Notes under the pieces: generated by a model | The model's database searches: none | What the model was told of the DNA's origin: nothing | Seen by the model: the letters and a program-made list of their open reading frames with translations, nothing else | NCBI GenBank assembly: GCA_002690085.1 | Contig: NZDM01000069.1 | Span: forward strand, 1 to 57,791 | DNA from: Flavobacteriaceae bacterium | GTDB lineage: Bacteria; Bacteroidota; Bacteroidia; Flavobacteriales; Flavobacteriaceae | Direction: 5' to 3' | Length of the DNA stretch: 57,791 nt | Shown here: positions 1 to 8,043 of the stretch, in pieces | Layout of the letters: each line of letters starts with the position of its first letter | Numbering within the stretch: position 1 is the stretch's first letter | Translations under genes and position numbers: made by a program

Positions 1-5
1 GCCAA

Positions 6-13
6 AAAATTGA
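6..13 (+). promoter_or_regulatory. AAAATTGA early promoter motif (mimivirus type)
   Basis: Exact octamer about 65 nt upstream of ATG 79. Confidence 0.8.
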
Positions 14-78
14 AAAGTATTTTAGTGTGTGAGAGTATGGTATCTGAAAAGAAAATTGCAAGCATCAAGTTTACGAAC

Positions 79-1389
79 ATGTCCTCTATTATGAAGATCA
101 ACGGAACGTCACTGTCGGCTCTGTCTGAAGCACTGCGTGCTTATATGCCAGAAGTAGTGTCGAAGCTGGCGACCGAGTATAATTTCGACCAGGAAGCTGG
201 TTTGAAAGTGTTGGGCGAGTTGAGCGTCCAAAAGGAAGGTAAGAGTCGGGGGGTGAAGGCGAAACGTGTTGTGCCAAAGATCCTTCTACCATTCTGCGGA
301 GTGGTTCAAGAAGACTGGTGCAAGGCAGTTCGCTACAATCGCGGCCTGTTCACCCAATGCACTAACGCATGCAAGGGTGAGAAGTTCTGCAAGACCTGCG
401 TGAAGTCGGTGAATGAAGCAGGTGTTCCTACCTACGGACTCATCGAAGAGCGTGGCAATGAAGGGTGGACATGCCCTAAAGGTAAGACGCCTGTGAACTA
501 CGGTAACATCATGGCCAAGATCGATGTCACCAAGGAGCAGGCAATCGCTGAAGCCGAAAAGCTCGGATGGACCATCCCTGAAGAGCAATTCGAGGTGGTG
601 AAGACTCGCAAGGGTCGTCCTGCTAAGAAGGCTAAGGAAGCTGATGAGAAGCCTAAGAAGCGTGGTCGCCCTAAGAAAACCAAGCCAGTTGTTGAGGCAG
701 CAGGCACAGGTGATGACCTCATCGCTCAGCTTGTCCAGCAGGCTCAGCAGCAAAATGAGGTAGTGGCGGCTCAGGAAACTGAGGACGAGGAGTCAGTTGA
801 TGGCTCTGAACCAACTCAGTCTCCTACTGATGAAGAGTCCACTGAAGATGAGGTGGAAAAGCAGCCTAAGAAGAAAGTGGTTCGCAAGAAAAAGACCGCT
901 GAGGAAAAGGAAGCCGAGAAGCAGGCTAAGGCTGAAGCTAAGGCTAAGCTAGCTGCTGAGAAGAAGGCTGCTAAGGAAGCTGAGAAGGAAGCGGCAAAGT
1001 TGGCTAAGGCTGAAGCTAAGGCTAAGCTAGCAGCTGAGAAGAAGGCTGCTAAGGAAGCCGAGAAGTTGGCTAAGGCTGAGGCTAAGAAGGCTGAGAAGTT
1101 GGCCAAGGCTGAGGCTAAGAAGGCCGATAAAAAGGCAGATGTTGCCGAAAAAGAGTCGCCTAAGACCTTGACACCAACTGAAGAGGTGGTTGAGGAAATG
1201 GGCGAGCTTCAAATCGAATCTCCAACTGCTCTGGATGAGGAAGAGGAGGACGACGCGGTTGAGGTTGTGAAGTTCACTCACGAGGGTGTTGAGTACTTGC
1301 GTGATGGAGATGGCACGGTGTACGACATGGAAACTCAGGAAGAGATTGGTGAGTGGGATGAGGAGTCTAAGGTACTGACCCTCAACTAA
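79..1389 (+). CDS. Putative DNA-binding protein: Cys-rich N-terminal domain, AT-hook-like motifs, Ala/Lys/Glu-rich repeats, acidic C-terminus
   Basis: ORF 10..1389 starts at a TTG inside the promoter motif, so ATG 79 (MSSIMK) is the more likely start. Contains FCG..CKAVRYNRGLFTQC..FCKTC, RKGRPAK, KRGRPKK and histone H1-like AKAEAKAK repeats. Confidence 0.75.
   Translation: MSSIMKINGTSLSALSEALRAYMPEVVSKLATEYNFDQEAGLKVLGELSVQKEGKSRGVKAKRVVPKILLPFCGVVQEDWCKAVRYNRGLFTQCTNACKGEKFCKTCVKSVNEAGVPTYGLIEERGNEGWTCPKGKTPVNYGNIMAKIDVTKEQAIAEAEKLGWTIPEEQFEVVKTRKGRPAKKAKEADEKPKKRGRPKKTKPVVEAAGTGDDLIAQLVQQAQQQNEVVAAQETEDEESVDGSEPTQSPTDEESTEDEVEKQPKKKVVRKKKTAEEKEAEKQAKAEAKAKLAAEKKAAKEAEKEAAKLAKAEAKAKLAAEKKAAKEAEKLAKAEAKKAEKLAKAEAKKADKKADVAEKESPKTLTPTEEVVEEMGELQIESPTALDEEEEDDAVEVVKFTHEGVEYLRDGDGTVYDMETQEEIGEWDEESKVLTLN
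924..1065 (+). repeat. Intragenic duplication (78-nt period) encoding AKAEAKAKLAAEKKAAKEAEK
   Basis: Near-identical nucleotide blocks start at about 924 and 1002. Confidence 0.8.
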
Positions 1390-1492
1390 GTACATAAAAA
1401 CAAATAAAAAATAAAAAAGGCATTAGCCACAAAAACAAATAAAAAATAAAAACTATAAAAAAAATAAAAACGAAAACCTAAAAGTTTTCTAT

Positions 1493-1529
1493 TACCGGTA
1501 TCTCGTTATCCTACCGATATCTGAGTTAG
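1493..1529 (+). repeat. 37-bp dispersed repeat, copy 1
   Basis: TACCGGTATCTCGTTATCCTACCGATATCTGAGTTAG. Confidence 0.95.
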
Positions 1530-1549
1530 GTATAATAGACTATTTTTAG

Positions 1550-1586
1550 TACCGGTATCTCGTTATCCTACCGATATCTGAGTTAG
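1550..1586 (+). repeat. 37-bp dispersed repeat, copy 2
   Basis: Identical to copy 1 and 20 bp downstream of it; abuts AAAATTGA at 1589. Confidence 0.95.
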
Positions 1587-1588
1587 TA

Positions 1589-1596
1589 AAAATTGA
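1589..1596 (+). promoter_or_regulatory. AAAATTGA early promoter motif
   Basis: Exact octamer upstream of the SNF2 helicase. Confidence 0.8.
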
Positions 1597-1683
1597 AGTA
1601 CTTTTTTTAATTGAACAGTATCACCATTCAAACCAATAAACGTTACAAACGCAATTATAAAGTACGGAGTTCAACACTACAAT

Positions 1684-3300
1684 ATGGAGATTCAACAGTA
1701 TAACATGGAGCCTTTCAACGGTTACTTGAGTCGCAACAAGATGGACACTAAAGATCATCAACTTGAAGGAGTTCAATGGTGTCTTCGCATCGAAAAAGAA
1801 GGTGAAGAAATGGGTGGCTCTCGTGTCAAGTCCGGTCTCCTCGCCGATGAGATGGGTCTAGGCAAGACAATTCAGATGATAGGGTTGATTCTATGCAACT
1901 TCAAGCCCCATACACTCATTGTATTGCCTCGTGCTTTACTTGAGCAATGGGAGGGTGTCATCTGTCGAACACTGGGTCACGTACCACTAGTATACCATGG
2001 TCGGGTAGCTAAGACTACCACAGAGGAGGAGCTGAACACAGCACCTATTGTACTGACCACCTATGGAATGCTGGCAGGATTAGTGGAAAAGCCAGTGAAG
2101 GGAAGACCGTTGAAATATGGTCCGTTGCACAGTGTAAGATGGAACCGTATCATCTTTGATGAAGCCCACCATCTGCGTAACCGTAATACCAGAAACCATA
2201 AGGCAGCTTGTCATGTGAGAGCCAGTCATAAATGGTTGGTAACTGGGACACCTATTCAAAACAGTGTAACGGACTTCTATGGTCTGTGTGCTGTATTGGG
2301 TATGTCTCAGCCCTTCTATGTGAAAAAGGACAACATGGTAAAGATTGCAAGCCGTCTAATCTTGAAGCGTTCTAAAGCGGATGTGGGCATTAATTTGCCA
2401 CCACTGAAACGTAGGGTTATAACGGTACCCTGGGCAAGTGAGGCTGAAAAGCAGATGGCAGAGGATATCCACGTGCATCTACAGTTTAGCCGACTAGGTG
2501 CTGGTCGTGCAGACAACCTGTTCAGTGGTCTTCAGATTCATCACTTTGCAATGCTACAGCGTGCTCGTCAGAGTTGCATTGATATGGAGTTGATGAAAAA
2601 GAACATTGAAAAACTGATGGCTCTTGAGATTATTCCAGAAGACTTCCCAATTGATGAGGCCATGGGTTATCACAGTAAGATCGACAAGGTGATAGACATT
2701 ATTAAAGAGAGAGCGGATAATGGACGCTCTAAGTTGGTGTTCTGTCATTACCATATGGAGATTGATAAAGTGATGACGTCACTAGCTGAGCTGGGTCTAA
2801 AGGTAGGGAAGTTTGATGGCCGAGTGTCTCAATCGGAGCGTGAGGAGATCTTGGAGCGTGGTGATCTAGACGCTCTGGTCTTGCAGATCAAGACTGGCTG
2901 TGAGGGTCTTAATCTTCAACATTTCAAGGAGGTCTACTTTGTTACACCTCACTGGAATCCTGCGGTTGAGGATCAGGCGGTTGCACGGTGTCATCGTATT
3001 GGACAGGATAGCCCAGTGGATGTCTTCAGTTTCAAGATGGAGCCATTTGATGAAAACAGGATGACTCGCACTATGGATCTGTACGTAAAGGAGGTTCAGC
3101 GTGTCAAGAGGAACGAGATGACCTTGATCGATGGTGAGAAAGAAGGTGATGGTGCAGAGTTGCCAGACAAATGTTCGATATGTTTGTGTGCTCAGCATCA
3201 ACATACTCATCAAAAGTTGGAGTGTGGTCACTGCTTTCATAGGGATTGCATAAATAGGTGGTTTCAGCGATCTGCTCTTTGCCCACTATGCAGACAATAA
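1684..3300 (+). CDS. SNF2-family helicase/ATPase with C-terminal RING-H2 finger
   Basis: Motifs LLADEMGLGKT, IIFDEAH, VTGTPIQN, GCEGLNLQ, WNPAVEDQAVARCHRIGQ; C-terminal CSIC..CGHCFHRDC..CPLCR. Confidence 0.95.
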   Translation: MEIQQYNMEPFNGYLSRNKMDTKDHQLEGVQWCLRIEKEGEEMGGSRVKSGLLADEMGLGKTIQMIGLILCNFKPHTLIVLPRALLEQWEGVICRTLGHVPLVYHGRVAKTTTEEELNTAPIVLTTYGMLAGLVEKPVKGRPLKYGPLHSVRWNRIIFDEAHHLRNRNTRNHKAACHVRASHKWLVTGTPIQNSVTDFYGLCAVLGMSQPFYVKKDNMVKIASRLILKRSKADVGINLPPLKRRVITVPWASEAEKQMAEDIHVHLQFSRLGAGRADNLFSGLQIHHFAMLQRARQSCIDMELMKKNIEKLMALEIIPEDFPIDEAMGYHSKIDKVIDIIKERADNGRSKLVFCHYHMEIDKVMTSLAELGLKVGKFDGRVSQSEREEILERGDLDALVLQIKTGCEGLNLQHFKEVYFVTPHWNPAVEDQAVARCHRIGQDSPVDVFSFKMEPFDENRMTRTMDLYVKEVQRVKRNEMTLIDGEKEGDGAELPDKCSICLCAQHQHTHQKLECGHCFHRDCINRWFQRSALCPLCRQ

Positions 3301-3385
3301 TTAAAAAACTATAAAAATCAAAAAATAAAAAAAATAAAAAAGATGGCGATAAGTCATCATTTTTATTGTATTTTCTCTCTACGAA

Positions 3386-3757
3386 CTACTTAGAAAAGTG
3401 AACTAAGAGTGATAAAGCTGCAGCAGCAAAGCAAAACATAGCACCAACAGGATCAAGGACCGGATGTTTAATTCTGCCAGTCCACTCAAAGTATTCTCCC
3501 ATCATCCATAGGAAGCCACCAATAAATGCAAGTATAACACTAATGCTAGTGATAGCATTAGGGCGTGTGTTGAATAGTTTAATTGCAGTTTTGGTATATT
3601 CACGAGCAGGACGAAACGTAATCATGAGAAACATTGCTAGAATAGCCCCAGTAGCATAACCATGTTCCCAGGAATCATGTTTGTAAGCCATTTGGTGAAT
3701 GAATGCAGTTAAAACTAATATAGATAAGACAGTGATAAGTGAAAGTAACATATACAT
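3386..3757 (-). CDS. Small multi-pass membrane protein
   Basis: 123 aa with about four hydrophobic segments. Confidence 0.65.
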   Translation of the reverse strand: MYMLLSLITVLSILVLTAFIHQMAYKHDSWEHGYATGAILAMFLMITFRPAREYTKTAIKLFNTRPNAITSISVILAFIGGFLWMMGEYFEWTGRIKHPVLDPVGAMFCFAAAALSLLVHFSK

Positions 3758-3951
3758 TATGTTGACATTTTCTCTCTTTTATGCCAAGGTCTAGGTGAAT
3801 AAAGTCCTGGTATGGAATGTTTTCTTGAAGTTAAGTTAATACCATGCATAGATTGATCAAGTTTGTTATTATTGTAGACAGTAGAATGTTCAATTTCTCT
3901 GATTTCATCATTAATGGTAGTGGTTTTAGATGTAGAATAAACGCAACCCAT
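3757..3951 (-). CDS. Small hypothetical protein, possible N-myristoylation/palmitoylation (MGCVYS)
   Basis: 64-aa ORF with Gly2-Cys3-x-x-Ser6; its stop overlaps the next start. Confidence 0.45.
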   Translation of the reverse strand: MGCVYSTSKTTTINDEIREIEHSTVYNNNKLDQSMHGINLTSRKHSIPGLYSPRPWHKREKMST

Positions 3952-4001
3952 ACTACTATTATGTAAGAAAAAATATGACGATTTATAGTAATAATTATTA
4001 T

Positions 4002-4038
4002 TACCGGTATCTCATTATCCTACCGATATCTGAGTTAG
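4002..4038 (+). repeat. 37-bp dispersed repeat, copy 3
   Basis: TACCGGTATCTCATTATCCTACCGATATCTGAGTTAG, one mismatch to copy 1. Confidence 0.95.
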
Positions 4039-4127
4039 GTATAAAAGCCCGATTATAGGGTATAATAGTGTAATTTCAAATACTTATTGGGATTATAGTA
4101 TACAATGCTGGATTCGCGGGTATAACT

Positions 4128-4511
4128 TTATTTTGGATTACTAATAAGATTACTTATATCCAGAGGTATGTATGATAGTTGGGCAAGCATATCTTCTAAA
4201 TCCTGCTCTGGCGTTTTTGCATCTTTTTCTTGTTGTTTTTTAATTCGTTTTTGTCGTTTGGCTTCAAGCCATTGATTATATTCATCTTGTTCTGCTTTTC
4301 TCTCCTCATCAAAAGTTTTTATAGAGAGAATATTACCGTTTAATCTATCGTATGTGACAGTCATTTCTGGTCTAGGTTTTTCACAACCATCTCCATCAAA
4401 GAATGAGATATGACGCTTCCGTTTTTTGGGAGGTGTTATAACTAGGGTAGGATTAGGAGTGATTGTTAATGCTGCCATTTGTTTGTCAAGTTTTTCGTCT
4501 GGGTTCTGCAT
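4128..4511 (-). CDS. Hypothetical protein
   Basis: 127-aa ORF with a basic PPKKRKR patch; TAAATTGA promoter variant upstream. Confidence 0.6.
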   Translation of the reverse strand: MQNPDEKLDKQMAALTITPNPTLVITPPKKRKRHISFFDGDGCEKPRPEMTVTYDRLNGNILSIKTFDEERKAEQDEYNQWLEAKRQKRIKKQQEKDAKTPEQDLEDMLAQLSYIPLDISNLISNPK

Positions 4512-4592
4512 ACTTATAATAGTGTTATAAGTAAATCAATTTATTGGATGTAAGAAATTAGACTTTGATTCTTACACGTTATTCTAAAAAAT

Positions 4593-4600
4593 AAAATTGA
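4593..4600 (+). promoter_or_regulatory. AAAATTGA motif not followed by an ORF
   Basis: Exact octamer directly upstream of a structured non-coding segment. Confidence 0.7.
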
Positions 4601-4626
4601 AATACTTATTTTGTGTTAAGTAATAA

Positions 4627-4935
4627 GCGTCTTGGGCCACACGGTGTTGGTTCAGGATGTCCCATAATCATAGTGCGGTTGATAGGGAGATGACACTATT
4701 AGTCCAGTCTAACCAGCTGGAACGTGTAACGTACTATAACCTCCCTGCTGGGGAGAGTAGTACTAGGCTCTTCAAAAAAAACGTGGAATATCGGTGTGGC
4801 TGCTGCCGCCACTGAAATATGGGTGGTACCCTGAGAAGAGTAGATGAAAAGGCAAGCTGTGCAGAGTATAGTACGAAGGCTTACATCGTAAGAGGCAACA
4901 CCGCAGGTTATGTGCTAGGTAGTTGTATGATGCCC
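4627..4935 (+). ncRNA. Putative large structured non-coding RNA (element A)
   Basis: No ORF of 60 aa or more; GC-richer than flanks. Stems: CGGTGTTG 4642-49/CAACACCG 4896-4903; ATAGTG/CACTAT; TCCAG/CTGGA; CTCCC/GGGAG; CTCTTC/GAAGAG; TCGGTGTGGC/GCCGCCACTGA; TACGA/TCGTA. Pseudoknot CATAATC 4663-69/GGTTATG 4906-12. Confidence 0.6.
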
Positions 4936-4957
4936 CTTCTATAGACTATATTTTTAT

Positions 4958-4994
4958 TACCGATATCTCGTTATCCTACCGATATCTGAGTTAC
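4958..4994 (+). repeat. 37-bp dispersed repeat, copy 4
   Basis: TACCGATATCTCGTTATCCTACCGATATCTGAGTTAC, two mismatches to copy 1. Confidence 0.93.
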
Positions 4995-5093
4995 GTATAA
5001 TAGCGTATTTTTACTATATAGTGGACTTTTGGTACATTACATAGTATTCTAATTAGTTAGCGAGTTATCGGTAGCAATTCGCCAGTATAATAT

Positions 5094-6056
5094 TTATTCT
5101 AGTTTAATATTCAAATTGTCTAAGTAATATTTTAAAACTAAATGTTCAATCTCTTTTTCCTTTTTTATATCTCCAAAGTTCGAATCCATAAATAGATTTG
5201 CATTTTTTATAATTTGCACACATTTATCTTGATTTTTTTCAGCCCATTGGTACTTTTCAATTAAATCAGAATAATCTTTTTCAACCGGAACATAATGCAC
5301 CCATGGTTCAAGCTTAGTTTCCATTAACCATGATTCATATTTAGGCTGGCTCATAAAAACAAGTGAATCACTTGCTAATTTCCAATTAATATCACTAGCT
5401 TTGTCATTGCCATCAATAGATAAAACATATTTATTTTTAAGCATCTCTTGTGGAGTGGTTTTTTTTCTTTTACAATAATCGGGATTTTCTAATTTAAATC
5501 CCTGACATACATATTGGTAAGCAATATCACACACATTATTATTATAATACTTTGATACAGCTATATGCCGTTGCGGTTCCTTCTCCCACCCAGTTGTAGA
5601 ACCTCTCCAGTGAATAATAGATTTTTTATTTTTAAAATTATCGTAATTTCGTATTTTTCGGACAGAATCAACAAAACCCCAATGCCGGTTATAATTAAAC
5701 CTCATTAATACTCTTGTTCCCGGTTGTTCTATTAAACGTACCTTACATAGAAACGGTAAATCATCGCACTTCTTAGTATTGTCTCCCCACAATAATGAAA
5801 AATATTTATTACTATAATTGGATTTAAATACTGACCAATCATTTTGTCCCTTCCAATATTCAGGTATATGTGGTTTATAGTTACTTAAAAGATGATCACT
5901 AACGCTCAAAACATGTATCGTGTCATTCGCAATATCCGAATTATCTGCTGTGCTTAGCACCTGAGCTTTTGGCACAGTTTTAGTTAAAGCTTTAAAACCA
6001 TTTGTATATAGGCGTACACGTTCATTTATATTAATATTTTCCCAGCTATTCATCAT
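5094..6056 (-). CDS. Glycosyltransferase family 90 (CAP10-like)
   Basis: WRGSTTG, KYVLSIDGND, WKLASDSLVF, LEPWVHYVPV..DYSDL motifs. Confidence 0.85.
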   Translation of the reverse strand: MMNSWENININERVRLYTNGFKALTKTVPKAQVLSTADNSDIANDTIHVLSVSDHLLSNYKPHIPEYWKGQNDWSVFKSNYSNKYFSLLWGDNTKKCDDLPFLCKVRLIEQPGTRVLMRFNYNRHWGFVDSVRKIRNYDNFKNKKSIIHWRGSTTGWEKEPQRHIAVSKYYNNNVCDIAYQYVCQGFKLENPDYCKRKKTTPQEMLKNKYVLSIDGNDKASDINWKLASDSLVFMSQPKYESWLMETKLEPWVHYVPVEKDYSDLIEKYQWAEKNQDKCVQIIKNANLFMDSNFGDIKKEKEIEHLVLKYYLDNLNIKLE

Positions 6057-6128
6057 ATTATTATTATAATAATCTATTTATTAGCATTTAACTTACTGAC
6101 GGCATTCATTAAACTACAGTTATCATAA

Positions 6129-6368
6129 TCATAAGAAAAATAATGGAGGCTCTTTTACTCTTGAACAACAACAACAAAAATAATCTATTTCTACTGGTCT
6201 TGCTTCGACAGCCGGTGTTCCTATTACAACCTCCATTGCCGGTACAGCATGTTCTAAAGAGCGCAATTCTGGTGTTGACATATAACGTCTCATATGTACG
6301 ATATTTCTCTCTTCGTTAGTATTAACAACTGATGAAACATTATTATTAGTTAAAAGGTTAGATGTCAT
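6129..6368 (-). CDS. Small hypothetical protein with a Cys cluster (CCCC)
   Basis: 79-aa ORF with an ATG start. Confidence 0.4.
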   Translation of the reverse strand: MTSNLLTNNNVSSVVNTNEERNIVHMRRYMSTPELRSLEHAVPAMEVVIGTPAVEARPVEIDYFCCCCSRVKEPPLFFL

Positions 6369-6629
6369 ATAAACAACATATTAGATTAATTTTATCTAAC
6401 TTCATTCTTACATTCTTAATTAACTACGGTATAATCCCTATCATTTTGAGTTCCAGTATAAAATAAGATTACCACAATCACTGTTATGATTATGATATCG
6501 GCTATTAACATCTTATATCTTTCTTATATTTTGTAAATAGATTCTTAATCATTTTTTGATATCAATTACTTTGTTATTTTATAAAATGTAAGTAAAACAT
6601 GTTATAAAACAATACGATAATAATATATA

Positions 6630-7385
6630 ATGAAAGTATTTTTAACCTTTTCTGGTACATCTCCTGATAACCATTTGCGCAAAGATTTTCATGATTCAGT
6701 CAAAAGAATATGCAATCAAGCTCTTAACACCCGATTATTCAATAAAATTATTGGCTTAACAGATATTGATTTAAGAGAAGATCCATATTTTTCAAAGGAA
6801 CATATCAAATGGTGTGATGAAAATAAGCGTGGATTCGGATATTGGCTTTGGAAATCATATGTAATTAAAAAAACAATGGACACATTAAAAGATGGAGATA
6901 TTTTAATGTATATTGATTCAGGATGTGAAATAGGAGGACCGCGAGCTAGTCATATACCATACTATTTAGATGCTGTTAAACAGGAGAAAATAATAGCTTC
7001 TGATACCGGATGTGTAGAAAAAGACTGGTGTAAACGTGACTTACTAATTAAGTTAGACGCAGATACACCTTACATTACAGATTCTAATCAAGTACAAGCA
7101 GGATTGCAATGTATTTTAGTGTGTGATTTCACAAGAGCATTTATAAATAAATGGTTTCAATTATGTTGTATACGTGAAAATATAAATGATGCGCCATCAA
7201 TTGAAGATAATTACGGGACATTCAGGGAGCATAGACATGATCAAGCAATTTATAGTTTATTATGGAAAAAAGCTAGAATCCCTAGACGATTATCAATGGA
7301 AGGTTGTATCTATGCTGCAAGAAACAGAACTGGAAAAAGTGTTCTACCTAAACAACCTATGAAAATGAATCTACAGACCAGATAA
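6630..7385 (+). CDS. Putative glycosyltransferase-like protein
   Basis: RGFGYWLWK, DxD-like YIDSGCE, and FREHRHDQ motifs; lies among glycosyltransferase genes. Confidence 0.65.
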   Translation: MKVFLTFSGTSPDNHLRKDFHDSVKRICNQALNTRLFNKIIGLTDIDLREDPYFSKEHIKWCDENKRGFGYWLWKSYVIKKTMDTLKDGDILMYIDSGCEIGGPRASHIPYYLDAVKQEKIIASDTGCVEKDWCKRDLLIKLDADTPYITDSNQVQAGLQCILVCDFTRAFINKWFQLCCIRENINDAPSIEDNYGTFREHRHDQAIYSLLWKKARIPRRLSMEGCIYAARNRTGKSVLPKQPMKMNLQTR

Positions 7386-7997
7386 AATAACTGCAATTTT
7401 ACCAATTACAGCATCAACAAATAACATAACTTGAGAATTAGTTGTATAATTTATACGCGTTCCAGTAATAAGTTGCTCGTAAATATCATTAATAAATGAT
7501 ACCTTATGTTTGTTAAGATATGCATAAAACTTTTTTACACTAGATTTTGGAAAAGGCTTATCATCCTTAGCAGATTCTTTTACATTAGAAAAGTAAACCG
7601 CCATTATAGCTGTCCATAAACCACATAGACCCATTGGATTCCAAGAACTAGGAGGCGAGATCGAAGTGATTAATCCTAATTCTTGTCTCTGATAAGACGC
7701 ACTTAAAAAATAACCAGAAGTGTTTGCCCATTTTTGACCATTAGGATCAAATAAGTAAAAAGAAACATTACCTTTTGGAGAAGTTCTTTTTTCAACAATA
7801 ACTCCGTGACTTTCATTTCCTCTTTCACGAATGGTAATCATGTAATACCCATCTTTAAACTTACGACGGCGAGTTTCATTAAAGTCTAATATAGCTATAG
7901 ATTCGACACCTCTTATTTCATGTACCCGATCTAATACATTGGGAAGTCTTTCTTCCAGGTTTTTAATCTTGAGTTGACATGTCATTGACTTACTCAT
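7371..7997 (-). CDS. Putative clan CE-like cysteine peptidase
   Basis: His-Asp-Cys in clan CE order: ESHGVIV ... FYLFDPNG ... GLCGLW. Confidence 0.45.
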   Translation of the reverse strand: MSKSMTCQLKIKNLEERLPNVLDRVHEIRGVESIAILDFNETRRRKFKDGYYMITIRERGNESHGVIVEKRTSPKGNVSFYLFDPNGQKWANTSGYFLSASYQRQELGLITSISPPSSWNPMGLCGLWTAIMAVYFSNVKESAKDDKPFPKSSVKKFYAYLNKHKVSFINDIYEQLITGTRINYTTNSQVMLFVDAVIGKIAVILSGL

Positions 7998-8043
7998 TAT
8001 TATATAATATGTATATGAATATTTATATGCATATTGTATATTG

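Noticed and set aside
98-1395. Minus-strand ORFs overlapping the first gene
   Set aside because: Antisense shadows of a biased, repetitive coding sequence.
1493-1586. CRISPR array (37-bp repeats with a spacer)
   Set aside because: Only two adjacent copies with a 20-bp gap; the other copies are kilobases away; no cas genes. The PD-(D/E)XK nuclease is 47 kb away and lacks the Cas4 Cys cluster.
4627-4935. Element A as a group I intron, RNase P/MRP or SRP RNA
   Set aside because: Only fragmentary resemblances (GTACTATA/TATAGTAC vs P7; AGGATGTCC vs CR-I). It does not interrupt a gene, and the full motif sets are missing.
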